Source of the DNA: Candidatus Thorarchaeota archaeon
GTDB lineage: Archaea; Asgardarchaeota; Thorarchaeia; Thorarchaeales; Thorarchaeaceae
DNA length: 64,000 nucleotides
Assembly: GCA_048882045.1 (NCBI GenBank)
Contig: JBHLRZ010000013.1
Coordinates: forward strand, 21,365-85,364
Direction of reading: 5' to 3'
This document shows positions 38,504 through 48,483 of the stretch, piece by piece (the stretch's first letter is position 1; every line of letters starts with the position of its first letter). The translations under genes and the position numbers were made by a program. Below the pieces are notes generated by a model. It worked only from the letters and a program-made list of their open reading frames with translations. It ran no database searches and was not told where the DNA came from.

Positions 38504-39397
38504 TTATTTTCCTGACTTCGATTTTAACTGTCGAACAGCTTCTCGTATGTCATCCTCATCGATTTCCTGTTCTTCCACAGCTAAATCTTCCATTCGTGCT
38601 GCAGGTGCGGAAGCAGACATTGTGCCCATGGCTCTCTTCTTGACACCCTTAGCTTGGACTCTCGCAACAATCTCAGAGATTTTATCCTCAGTGAATTCTT
38701 CGTCAGCAGGGAATTCGTCCATGCCAACTCCGAGGTCTTCAAGGATTGACTTCTGAATTGCAATCTTGTCAATTTCCTCCACTGCAAGACCAGTGATGAT
38801 TTTGACAAGTAACTCAGCTTTCTCCAAGGGGATGAATCTCCCCTGAGAGTCAGCAGCAATTTTCTCGTAAGTTTGCACACCTTTCTCGTAAGAGGCTATC
38901 TCTGGGAAGCATCCAACAGTGTGGATCACTATTCCCTTTCCGAATGCTCTCTTTGCCTCTTCAGTCCATTTGGCCCCATCAGGTGTTCCCTTTGGCCATT
39001 GGTCTCCAGATTCAACTCCATGTGGCGGCGCATCGCCGATGAGCACTGCAATCTTAGCGGACTCATTGAGAAATTCCATCTTGTTCATGACTTGTAGTGC
39101 AGTTGAAATAGCCTCAGGTCCGTCGCCACCGCCTGATGCATCCATCTGCATGACATAACTCTCAATCTTTGAAGTGTCAGGCGTGAGTTCATATTTCTGA
39201 GTGACATAGGTTGTTTCCTGAGGAGGATGGTCGCGGTATGAAACTAGACCAACTCTCAGTCTGTGGACCATCTCCTCCTTCTTGATTGTACGAATAATCT
39301 CCAAAATCTTTGTTTTGACGTTCTGTATGTATGGCCCCATAGATCCAGTATTGTCCACGACGAATACTAAGTCAAGTTGCCCTAATTTTTCTGACAA
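38504..39397 (-). CDS. vWA-domain protein (MIDAS-type, of the kind associated with alpha-kinases)
   Basis: DLVFVVDNTGSM, VSYRDH, GGGDGPEA and IGDAPPHG; TTG start after AGAGGAG. Confidence 0.88.
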   Translation of the reverse strand: MSEKLGQLDLVFVVDNTGSMGPYIQNVKTKILEIIRTIKKEEMVHRLRVGLVSYRDHPPQETTYVTQKYELTPDTSKIESYVMQMDASGGGDGPEAISTALQVMNKMEFLNESAKIAVLIGDAPPHGVESGDQWPKGTPDGAKWTEEAKRAFGKGIVIHTVGCFPEIASYEKGVQTYEKIAADSQGRFIPLEKAELLVKIITGLAVEEIDKIAIQKSILEDLGVGMDEFPADEEFTEDKISEIVARVQAKGVKKRAMGTMSASAPAARMEDLAVEEQEIDEDDIREAVRQLKSKSGK

Positions 39398-39534
39398 TTT
39401 TAACTCCTCTTTAGCATGCTATTGAACTGCAAAAACAAAGTAGTGGTTGCAGACAATATTGGCGGATTCCTGTCGTGAGTACTGATAAGTCTTGGCACAA
39501 GTTTCCTACAGTTTAAAGGCGTTAAATCAATCAA

Positions 39535-40236
39535 ATGGCCATGCAGATATTCAGCGAGCAACCAATTAGGGATTTCATACTAATCCACGTTATCTTCGCA
39601 ATCCTTGCAGCCATAACTCTTCTAGTGCCCATTCCAACTGCTACAATCAGCGGCAAGATGCTTGTATTAGTGCTAGTCTATAATGGTTTAGTTGTCCTCG
39701 AATTCTTTGGAAGAGGGTATGAGGACTGGAAGAACATTTGGATCTTTGTGTTCATTCTGAGTCTTCTCATGGTATTTCCAGACTGGTATCTTGCAGAAAC
39801 ACTGGGAGCTCTTCAATTTCCAGACGACGGATTTCCTATGATTGGAGGAGCCATCCCTTTCTATATGGCTGGACTGTGGGCGATTCCATTCTTCATTATC
39901 GTTTTCTTGGGGAAAGAGGTTCAGAACAGGAAATCTCAGTCACTCGCATATGTTGTTGTGTCTGTGGTTTCAGTCCTAATATTCGTCATGGCAGAGCTGA
40001 TACTGGTGAACCTTCCCTCTTGGTCAGCGACTGTGATCGGTATGACTGGGAACCTTGCATGGTACATCATCATTCCAGAGTTGATTCTTGGCCTGTCAAC
40101 CTTCATTTGCTATAACATTGTGAAGGACTCTGGGATATGGATGAAGATAGTAGGTGCATTTACAGTAATGATCTTCTATCTTGGAAACGCGAGTTTCTTC
40201 TACTTCATTATTGAGAAATTGTTACTCGGTAGCTAA
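39535..40236 (+). CDS. Multi-TM membrane protein (DUF6989-like)
   Basis: About 7 hydrophobic segments; FPDW.L...LG.L.FP.DG and MAGLWAIP. Confidence 0.7.
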   Translation: MAMQIFSEQPIRDFILIHVIFAILAAITLLVPIPTATISGKMLVLVLVYNGLVVLEFFGRGYEDWKNIWIFVFILSLLMVFPDWYLAETLGALQFPDDGFPMIGGAIPFYMAGLWAIPFFIIVFLGKEVQNRKSQSLAYVVVSVVSVLIFVMAELILVNLPSWSATVIGMTGNLAWYIIIPELILGLSTFICYNIVKDSGIWMKIVGAFTVMIFYLGNASFFYFIIEKLLLGS

Positions 40237-40238
40237 GG

Positions 40239-41903
40239 TCAATCTCTGAAATGATTGACAATCGGCATCTTCCAGCCCATCCCGAATGACTTTTTGGTAA
40301 TACGGATGCATGGAGGTGCCTGCCACCTTTTGTACTCAGACAAACGGATTCTTCTGTAGACATCTTCGACCATTTCTTTGGGATAACCCATTTCCAGAAG
40401 CTCTAGCTTCCCTCGTCTGTTTTCCACAATCTCATCAACCATCGGACTTACAATATCAAAGTCAAATGGGTCAAATTGGTCCTCCTTTAATTCAGCAGAG
40501 GGTTTCTTGGTGATTGAGCCCTCTGGAATAACTTGTTTCCCTGCTTTTCGGTTAACATATTCTGAGAGATCATAGACTTCAAGCTTGCTAACATCTCCAA
40601 TAGCACCAACTCCCCCAGTCATATCGCCATAAAGAGTACAATACCCTAAAGCAATCTCAGTTTTATTACCTGTATTGAGAACAAGAATTCTGAGTTCCTT
40701 TAGTCGATTGGATATGTCCATCAATATATTTCCCCGAGTTCTTGGTTGAATATTCTCATCTGCAACAGGGTCATCTTGAGAGATGTCAATACCAAAATGA
40801 CTACGCAAATCAGCTAGTGGAATATTCCATGTTGAATGGTATGTATTGACAATTTCTTGGATTGGCATTTGGATGTACTTGATCCCAAGATTTTCTGCTA
40901 GCAACTCAGCATCGCTCTTTGAATGACCACTGGAGTATTTGGATGGCATTGATACACCAATCACATTCTCAGGACCTAACGCATCCACAGCTATGCAAGC
41001 AGTTAACGAAGAATCAATTCCTCCACTAAGCCCAAGAACAGCTTTTTTGAATCCAGTCTTTCTGAAGTAGTCTTTGATTCCCAAGACCAAAGCATTGTAC
41101 ATCTCTGCATCTTCATCATAACTTGGTCTAGTAATTGGTACTCCTTCACCTGTGTTGATATCCACATCTGTCACAACGAGGTCTTCCTCAAACTGAGAGC
41201 CAAGAGCAATTAGATGGCCCTTAGAGTCAACAGCCACACTACAGCCATCAAATACAAGCTCATCCTGCCCTCCGACAATGTTGACAAGGAAAACTGGTGT
41301 CTTGTTCTTTGTGGCCTTGTCACGAACTAATCTTTCACGTTCGAACTGCTTTCCAACATGAAAAGGGGAGGAGGAGATATTGATGATTAGCTGCGCACCT
41401 TTGGAACAGAGAATATCTGTAACTTTTTCATCATAAGCTTCATCCCAAAGATCTTCACATATTTCAACACCAAGAGTTAGCTCTAATTCTTTGGTTTTGA
41501 CCTTGACGGGAGTCATGCTCTCACCCGGCTCAAAATAACGCTCCTCGTCAAACACATCGTATGTTGGGAGCAGTGTCTTATGAATAACATACTGTAAACT
41601 ACCATTCTCAAATACTGCGGCAGCATTATACAGAAGACCTTCGTCATCAGAGTCTACGAAACCAACTATTGCAATGGTCCCATGTGTAAAATCTGCCAAA
41701 GATTCGATAGCATCATGATTTGCTGTAATGAAGGCACTCTCATGCAACAGGTCTTGGGGAGGATATCCTGTAATAACCATCTCAGGAAATGCTACGATAT
41801 CAGCATCTAGATCTTTACTCTCCTTGAGCTTTTCAATGACTTTAGCGAGATTGCCCTTGATATCACCGACGATTGGATTGATCTGAGCCATAGCTACCTT
41901 CAT
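40239..41903 (-). CDS. nadE: Glutamine-dependent NAD+ synthetase
   Basis: N-terminal nitrilase domain (FPEM, KTLLPTYDVFDE.RYF, ICEDLW) plus GLSGGIDS, ENIQ.R.RG, TGNK.E..GY.TLYGD, PSAEL and EYKR.Q. Confidence 0.96.
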   Translation of the reverse strand: MKVAMAQINPIVGDIKGNLAKVIEKLKESKDLDADIVAFPEMVITGYPPQDLLHESAFITANHDAIESLADFTHGTIAIVGFVDSDDEGLLYNAAAVFENGSLQYVIHKTLLPTYDVFDEERYFEPGESMTPVKVKTKELELTLGVEICEDLWDEAYDEKVTDILCSKGAQLIINISSSPFHVGKQFERERLVRDKATKNKTPVFLVNIVGGQDELVFDGCSVAVDSKGHLIALGSQFEEDLVVTDVDINTGEGVPITRPSYDEDAEMYNALVLGIKDYFRKTGFKKAVLGLSGGIDSSLTACIAVDALGPENVIGVSMPSKYSSGHSKSDAELLAENLGIKYIQMPIQEIVNTYHSTWNIPLADLRSHFGIDISQDDPVADENIQPRTRGNILMDISNRLKELRILVLNTGNKTEIALGYCTLYGDMTGGVGAIGDVSKLEVYDLSEYVNRKAGKQVIPEGSITKKPSAELKEDQFDPFDFDIVSPMVDEIVENRRGKLELLEMGYPKEMVEDVYRRIRLSEYKRWQAPPCIRITKKSFGMGWKMPIVNHFRD

Positions 41904-42030
41904 CTCAGGACCACCATTCTTTACGGCATCACAAACGAGTAAAGACTTTTGTCCTGAGAGAGGTAAGTGGAAGACTTCCAGTTGGAAGAGATTCTACAGA
42001 AATACAACATAAACCAAGTCTGCGTTGAAT

Positions 42031-43095
42031 CTAGCTGGCCCTAGGTAGCCAAAGACGAAAAGCAGCACCCTGTGAATAATCACCCTCTACCCGATCAAGA
42101 ATATCAAAATACCCTCTATATTTATTGGCAATCTGAATGCATTGGAGTATTCCAACCCCGCCTGCACGACGATCAGGATTCATCAGATTCCTTTTATGGT
42201 CATCAGTGATTCCTGGGCCATTGTCTGAAATTGTCAACTCGTAGCCATCACCTGATTCTCTCAAGTAGACCCAGATCTGTTTCTCATCAGACTCATTATG
42301 CTTCTCTGCATTAGAGAGAACATTTGTAATCAAATGACTTAGAAAATTATCAGCCTGAGTCACAGCCTTCTTTACTTCTATTTTGGTATCAATTGCCACT
42401 CCTTTGTGGAGTTCCTTGAATAACTCAATGCAATTCTTCAATGTGAAATCGATAGATGTTATTTCCAAAGGTGTAGTGAGTAAAGATGCGGTGGTTTGAA
42501 CAGAACGGATCAAATCACTGCATGCAGTGACTGACTCTGCGATATTATCGAGAAGATCGAGTTTGTTAGAATCGGTTTCATCGACAGAGAGAAGATCTGA
42601 TGCGATAATAATAGCCTGAAGATAGTTTCTGATGTCATGGCCAGTTATGTCTTGATAAAGAAGGGTAACATTGTGTGCTGCACGGAGTGCTTCTTCTGCA
42701 GCTCGCCTTTTCCTTCTCTGATCTGCCTCTTCAATTTCACGCTCAATAGCGGGGACAAGTCGACTTAGATTGTTCTTCGTGAGATAGTCATGAGCTCCTG
42801 ATTTCATAATCTTGACAGCGATCTCATCTGAGATAGTCCCTGAAACTATGATGAATGGTATATCCAAGTTCCGATGAGTAAGCTCGTTCATGGCATCAGG
42901 AATACTGAACTCAGGCATCATGTAGTCACAAAGAATTACATCCCACTTCTCTTCATCCAAGGATTGTTTCATCTCATCTGCCTTGCTGATCCGTTTTATA
43001 GTTGGATGCAATCCGTCCTTACGGAGGGCTCTCTCAATCAGGAGAGCGTCATCTTCTGAATCTTCAATAAGGAGAATCCTGACATCCTCAGTCAC
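42031..43095 (-). CDS. Hybrid receiver-histidine kinase (REC-HisKA-HATPase)
   Basis: LLIEDSEDD, CDYMMP, GA.DYL.K; HDIRN; N box NAEKH, DNGPG and GGVG. Confidence 0.9.
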   Translation of the reverse strand: MTEDVRILLIEDSEDDALLIERALRKDGLHPTIKRISKADEMKQSLDEEKWDVILCDYMMPEFSIPDAMNELTHRNLDIPFIIVSGTISDEIAVKIMKSGAHDYLTKNNLSRLVPAIEREIEEADQRRKRRAAEEALRAAHNVTLLYQDITGHDIRNYLQAIIIASDLLSVDETDSNKLDLLDNIAESVTACSDLIRSVQTTASLLTTPLEITSIDFTLKNCIELFKELHKGVAIDTKIEVKKAVTQADNFLSHLITNVLSNAEKHNESDEKQIWVYLRESGDGYELTISDNGPGITDDHKRNLMNPDRRAGGVGILQCIQIANKYRGYFDILDRVEGDYSQGAAFRLWLPRAS

Positions 43096-43543
43096 AAGAA
43101 TCAGGACCTCCTGTGGGACTTACATTCAAGACCAGCCAGTAGAGGCCTAACGTTTTGATAGCCTGGACAAATTGATCAAAATCGACAGGTTTCTGAATGT
43201 ATGAATTTGCACCAAGATGATAACTCTCACAAATGTCCCTGTCTTCCTTTGATGAGGTCAAAATCACAACTGGCAGAAATTTCAGGATATTGACGTTTCT
43301 AATCTTCTCGAGAAGTTCCAAGCCACCCATCCGAGGCATTTTAAGATCTAGGAGAACCACAACAGGCATATCGGTCTTATCCCGTCCGGCGTATTGACCT
43401 GTGGAGGTGAGATAGTCGAAGGCTTCGATTCCATCCCTCGCAACAACGACCTCGTTCAGAATGTTTGCACGTTGGAGGGCTCTCAGTGTCAAGAGGACAT
43501 CATCGGTGTTATCTTCAACAAGTAGTATCTTCTTCGATGACAT
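43088..43543 (-). CDS. Single-domain response regulator (Rcp1-like)
   Basis: LLVEDN, LLDLKMP, ILTSS, GANSYIQKP and YWL. Confidence 0.93.
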   Translation of the reverse strand: MSSKKILLVEDNTDDVLLTLRALQRANILNEVVVARDGIEAFDYLTSTGQYAGRDKTDMPVVVLLDLKMPRMGGLELLEKIRNVNILKFLPVVILTSSKEDRDICESYHLGANSYIQKPVDFDQFVQAIKTLGLYWLVLNVSPTGGPDSCD

Positions 43544-43556
43544 CGTAGGTCACTCC

Positions 43557-46500
43557 TCATTCAGGTATGGTGAAGTAGAAAGTTGATCCTTTGTCAACAA
43601 CACTTTCCGCCCAGACCTTACCTCCATGGCGGTTTATAACTCGTTGGACTGTAGCTAGCCCAATCCCAGACCCTTCGAAGTCATCGACTGAATGCAATCG
43701 TTGGAATGGGACAAACAATTTGTCACTATAGCTCATATCAAAGCCTGCTCCGTTGTCTTTGATATAGAAGTGAGATTCTCCATCCTCCTCGATAGAGCCA
43801 AATACAATTTTAGCGTTTGGCGTCCTATTTGTGAACTTCCAAGCATTATCGAGAAGGTTTTGAATGACGAGTTTGATCAACCTTCGGTCACAACGAACTG
43901 ATAATGAGTCGTCAATCTCTATATCGACTTCTCGTTCAGGATCAATATTCCGTAACTCCTCAATATGTGATTTGGCTATTTCAGACAAATCCACATAGGT
44001 GCGGTCCATCTCTGCTCGTGTCACTCTTGAGAGAACAAGTAGATCTTCAATCAATGAACCCATTTGTTTTGCAGCAGCACGTACACGACGGAGAAAGTCC
44101 TGACCTGTGTCATCTAGCGATTCAGAATAGTCCTCTAGAAGAGCTTGACTGAAACCATCGATTGTTCTCAGTGGAGCTCGGAGATCGTGAGAAACAGAAT
44201 AGGAGAATGCCTCTAGTTCTTTGTTTGCTGCAGCTAGCTCTGCTGTCCTTTCTTCGATTTTTCGAGCAAGTCCTTCGTTAAGCCTTTGTATTTCGAGTTC
44301 AGCTTTCAAACGTTCAGTGATATCGGTGATTATGGCAACTGTACCACTCACTTGACCGGAATCATCACGGGAGGGGACCGCTGACACCCGTACTGTCCTT
44401 ACTTCACTATTTTTTCGGATGAACCTGTGTGTATAGGTAGATGTTTCACCTTGACGTCTGATTTCCGTTTGCGACAAGACCTTCTCGACATCCTCAGGAT
44501 GGATCAAGTCAAGAATGCTAGTTCCAATAAGTTCCTCAGAGGAATAACCTAATAGCTCAGCAAAAGAATTGTTCACAAAGAGAATACACTCATCTAAGCC
44601 TACTATTCCAATTCCTTCTGACATGTGTGTTAGCAGCTCTCGATAGCGGCGTTCACTTATTAGCAGGGCTTCTTCCGCTTTCTTTCGTTCAAGCACAGCA
44701 CCCAAAATATTGGCTATTGCAGGGAAGAATTTCTTGTCAGCATCTGAAAAGATTCTTTGAGTTCGATTTGCTAGACTCAAAACACCAAGGAGATTCGTGT
44801 CATCATCCAGAATTGGAATAACTAAAACTGACGTGGCATTCAGATCTCGGAGTCGACCTAAATATGAAGCGTCCAAAGATTCCTTCCCCAGATCTGAGAT
44901 ATACATAGCAGATTTACTCAGTGCGGAATAGACAATGATATACTGCTTGGCAAATTCCTCATCTACAGGAAGCTCGTCTATCGTGTCTTCAATCTGAGTA
45001 CCAAGAAGAGCGCTGTACTGTAAGACATTTTTCTTCTCATTGTATATCCTGAATGTTCCAAAATCAAAGTCTAATGATTTAATGATAGTATTGAGAAGTT
45101 CTCGACTCAGTTCACTAGTATCTTTGACTTGGATTGCACACTCAGTAAGGCGTCGGAATAGATTCCTTTCTCTTCTTAGAGCCATCTCGGCTTCGTATCG
45201 CTTTGTGATATCCAAAATTGACACTTGGACTGCGCGCATTCCAGAGTACTCGATTCCTCCTGCTGATACTTCAGTCCAAATCTGGGATCCATCTTTATGA
45301 CGCATCCTTACTTGGATTGGACTTCCAGTCAGTGATTTGCGTAGACATTCTCGTAAATAGTTGAGAAGTTTATCTCTATCTTCCTGATGGATTATCTCCG
45401 AAATGGTTTCAGAGTCCATATCTAGAAGTTCACCAGAGGAATATCCGAGAATTTCAGCAAACTTCTTATTGGCGAAGACTATGTCCATGGGACCTTCCGG
45501 GAGAATTACTATTCCCATCAGAGATTGCTCAACAATAGTTCTATACCTCGATTCTTGCTCCCTTAGTAGATGTTCAGCTTCTATGCGATCAGTAATATCA
45601 AGTAAGGTACCTGTTGCTCTCTTTGTCCCGCCCTCATCGTTTAGCTCCACAACTTTCCCTCTCTCTAGAACCCACTTCCACTCGCCAGTCTTCGTCATCA
45701 TTCGATGTTCAGAGGAATAAAAGTCCGATATGCCATCAACGTGAGCGTTCCATCTGGTTTCCATCAACTCAATATCTTCTGGATGAACCAACTTCTCCCA
45801 TCCTGCATAGCTTGGCTCAATCTCATCCACTTTGTATCCAAGGATTTCAGCCCATCTATCTGAAAAGATCATCACGTCTTTTTCAGCATTCCAGTCCCAA
45901 ACCCCTAGATCTGCACCTCTCAAGGCCAGTTCGTATCGTTCTCGAGTTTCATCGAGAGCGGCTTGAGTACGTTTTCGTTCCGTTATATTTCGAAAAACAT
46001 TTTGAATGTGAATAGGATTCGCCTCATCATCTTTCACTAGAGACACATTCTGTTCAACTGCAATCTCCTCACCATCTCGACGCAGCATCATCCTTTCGAA
46101 GATCGGTAGAGATATCCCATCCATCAAAGCTTCAAATCGACTGATACTCTCGGCCAGTTCTGTTTCGGGAACAGTAACAGAGAATGGCATACCAACCAAA
46201 TCTTGAGGATCATCATATCCTAATAATTCGGAGCCCTTCGTATTGACTTGAAGCACTTTTCCCTCAAGATCAAACAAGAGGACTCCATCGTTACCCTCCT
46301 CGAACAAAGCACGATATCGGGTTTCTGAAGTTCTTCTCTCCTCATCCTGCTTCATCTGTTCCGTGGTGTCCCAAAGAAATGAGCAGAACATGAATCCTTT
46401 TGAGGTCGGTATCCGAAATGAGGTCTGGCCGAATGTCTTAACCAATCCATCAGTCGGATGGGTGTAGGTTCCATGTGTTATTCTTTCAAGCCATGGAGCG

Positions 46501-47450
46501 GTTCCGTCCGCAAAGAATTTGATGAGGTCATTCTTCAACGATTCGACCTGTTCTGGTGACCTTGCCTCCAATGACAGAATAGATGACTGGAACTCCCATA
46601 TCGGTATGCCGATTACTGATTCTCTTGTTATTCCAAACTGTTTTTCTAACGACTTGTTTACTTCCAGTACATTTCCCTTTTCATCTGCAAGCACAATTGC
46701 ATCATTTGCGTGATCAAAGACCCCCCTAAATTTCGCCTCACTCTCCCTAAGGGCTTGCAGAGCATTCACTCGGTCTGTAACATCGTAACCCGCAATCACA
46801 GCTCCTGTGATTTCATCACCCTCCTTAATTGGGCCGATTCGTAGGACATGCCATGTTGCAGGTCGATCTTCATTCTTTTCAGAGAACTCAAACTCTTGGT
46901 TTGTTCCTTTCGTGATGGCGGTCGTCAATTTCTCACGGAATTCATCGCGATATTGGGGCGCCACACCATCTGTGACAAGTGTCCCCAGCATCTCACTCGG
47001 ATCTTCGCGAAATGCAGGATTCACATATGTAATGCAGAGGTTTGTGTCAACTGCAACCATTTTTAGGAATGCGCTGGACAGAATTTTCTTGAAATCAGGA
47101 GACTGCTCAGTTATAATCAAGCAATGGCCCTTAGATTCCTGTTCGTCCATAAGACCTAGAGACCTCACTTGAATCTGTTTTTTCTCCCCGCTACGAGTAA
47201 CAATCGATAGTGACACAGATTGTCCTCGGTCATCGGAAATGTGCACTGACAGTGCTCCCTTCTTTTCCTCAATAACAAAGTCGTCAAAATGGTGATCAAT
47301 CAAGTCACCAGCAGCATAGCGCAGATGGTCTGCAAAAGCCTGATTGGCATGAATGATGATACCTGAATTATCGAGAACAACAACGCCTTCATCAAGAAGA
47401 TCAAACAGACGGTTGACCTGAATAGTACTAGTCCATGGGAGCTCCGACAT
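43557..47450 (-). CDS. Cytoplasmic multi-PAS/GAF sensor histidine kinase
   Basis: About 7 PAS/PAC repeats, a GAF domain, FSYSVSHDLRAPLR, NAWKF, DNGAGFD, FQRLH and GSGIGLA; no TM segment. Confidence 0.93.
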   Translation of the reverse strand: MSELPWTSTIQVNRLFDLLDEGVVVLDNSGIIIHANQAFADHLRYAAGDLIDHHFDDFVIEEKKGALSVHISDDRGQSVSLSIVTRSGEKKQIQVRSLGLMDEQESKGHCLIITEQSPDFKKILSSAFLKMVAVDTNLCITYVNPAFREDPSEMLGTLVTDGVAPQYRDEFREKLTTAITKGTNQEFEFSEKNEDRPATWHVLRIGPIKEGDEITGAVIAGYDVTDRVNALQALRESEAKFRGVFDHANDAIVLADEKGNVLEVNKSLEKQFGITRESVIGIPIWEFQSSILSLEARSPEQVESLKNDLIKFFADGTAPWLERITHGTYTHPTDGLVKTFGQTSFRIPTSKGFMFCSFLWDTTEQMKQDEERRTSETRYRALFEEGNDGVLLFDLEGKVLQVNTKGSELLGYDDPQDLVGMPFSVTVPETELAESISRFEALMDGISLPIFERMMLRRDGEEIAVEQNVSLVKDDEANPIHIQNVFRNITERKRTQAALDETRERYELALRGADLGVWDWNAEKDVMIFSDRWAEILGYKVDEIEPSYAGWEKLVHPEDIELMETRWNAHVDGISDFYSSEHRMMTKTGEWKWVLERGKVVELNDEGGTKRATGTLLDITDRIEAEHLLREQESRYRTIVEQSLMGIVILPEGPMDIVFANKKFAEILGYSSGELLDMDSETISEIIHQEDRDKLLNYLRECLRKSLTGSPIQVRMRHKDGSQIWTEVSAGGIEYSGMRAVQVSILDITKRYEAEMALRRERNLFRRLTECAIQVKDTSELSRELLNTIIKSLDFDFGTFRIYNEKKNVLQYSALLGTQIEDTIDELPVDEEFAKQYIIVYSALSKSAMYISDLGKESLDASYLGRLRDLNATSVLVIPILDDDTNLLGVLSLANRTQRIFSDADKKFFPAIANILGAVLERKKAEEALLISERRYRELLTHMSEGIGIVGLDECILFVNNSFAELLGYSSEELIGTSILDLIHPEDVEKVLSQTEIRRQGETSTYTHRFIRKNSEVRTVRVSAVPSRDDSGQVSGTVAIITDITERLKAELEIQRLNEGLARKIEERTAELAAANKELEAFSYSVSHDLRAPLRTIDGFSQALLEDYSESLDDTGQDFLRRVRAAAKQMGSLIEDLLVLSRVTRAEMDRTYVDLSEIAKSHIEELRNIDPEREVDIEIDDSLSVRCDRRLIKLVIQNLLDNAWKFTNRTPNAKIVFGSIEEDGESHFYIKDNGAGFDMSYSDKLFVPFQRLHSVDDFEGSGIGLATVQRVINRHGGKVWAESVVDKGSTFYFTIPE

Positions 47451-47620
47451 ATTAAGCCACATCCCTTCAGTACACCTAGCACCCTTTGGAAGGTTCTAGT
47501 GAACAATGAGGCTCTGTTTAGGCCCCTTTATTATGTTTCTAGTAAGTACGGAAAAATTCCATGACCTCTTACCAGCATCAATCCGAACTAAGAAGTTCCG
47601 ATTTGCGAGGTTTTGAAGTC

Positions 47621-47679
47621 TATTTTGAACGAAAAGAGTTTCTACTTAGATACGTAAGTAGATATTCTTTTTCAAAATA
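47621..47679. repeat. Long imperfect AT-rich inverted repeat
   Basis: tattttgaa/ttcaaaata, aaaagagt/attctttt and tctactta/taagtaga around a gatacg loop. Confidence 0.7.
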
Positions 47680-47858
47680 ACAGGAATTGGTGTTGGAAAG
47701 TTGGCATTCGCTAAACTTAGGAAGAAAATTAAAAGTGAACCAGACTTGGAAGCCCACCTCAGACTTAAGTCTCAGGTGCGCACTGATGTTTACAGGACAT
47801 CGTTCCAGAGGTAACCATGGTGTCATTCATCTCAGCTGGAATGTGCAAATTTGATACT

Positions 47859-47881
47859 TGGTCGTGCACATAGCACGACCA
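47859..47881 (-). terminator. Hairpin just after the TPR gene stop
   Basis: tggtcgtgc-acata-gcacgacca, 9-bp perfect stem. Confidence 0.5.
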
Positions 47882-47890
47882 TGCTCTCTT

Positions 47891-48400
47891 TTACTCATTA
47901 GATTTCAAAAGTTCCTGGAATCGTTTGTCAGTTTTCAAGGATTCAAGATCGGAATCATCCTTTGCCCAATTTCGGATTGATTCGTCCTTTTCAAATGCTC
48001 TACCAAGATACACTAAAGCTTCATCCGTTCTCCCTGCTATGCAATTGTAGCATCCTAGATTGTATAATGCAGAACCAATTTCACCGGTTTTTGTTGCTAG
48101 CTTAGTAGCCTTTAGAGTTACATCAATAGCTTCATCAATTTGATCAAGCTCTTTTCTTGTATATCCTAGACTCAACCAGAGCCAGAACTCATCTGGGTTT
48201 AGTCTAGTAGCTGTTTCAAAAGAAACAGCGGCTTCCTTGAAATTACCATTGGCATTGAGTACATGTCCTAATTGGTTCCAGAGCTTCCACGCTTTGTCTT
48301 CCTCCTGAATTGCATCACGGAGGATCCTCTCTGCTTCATCAAAGCGATGATTTTTTCGTAGCTCAACAACTCTACTTGAAATCTCATCCACATCAATCAT
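47891..48400 (-). CDS. TPR protein
   Basis: W..LG..L...G...EA..F..A..LNP repeats; YNLGC...G..DEA..L..A and D.DL.SL C-terminal motif. Confidence 0.88.
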   Translation of the reverse strand: MIDVDEISSRVVELRKNHRFDEAERILRDAIQEEDKAWKLWNQLGHVLNANGNFKEAAVSFETATRLNPDEFWLWLSLGYTRKELDQIDEAIDVTLKATKLATKTGEIGSALYNLGCYNCIAGRTDEALVYLGRAFEKDESIRNWAKDDSDLESLKTDKRFQELLKSNE

Positions 48401-48483
48401 ATTTACTCACACCGCATACTAATATACTATTAACAATTGTTAAATATCTTATTGATACTACAGTAAACAGAGGTGACTACATT

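Noticed and set aside
38252-38515. 87-aa ORF from the ORF track
   Set aside because: Implausible composition; it overlies the structured element and a terminator.
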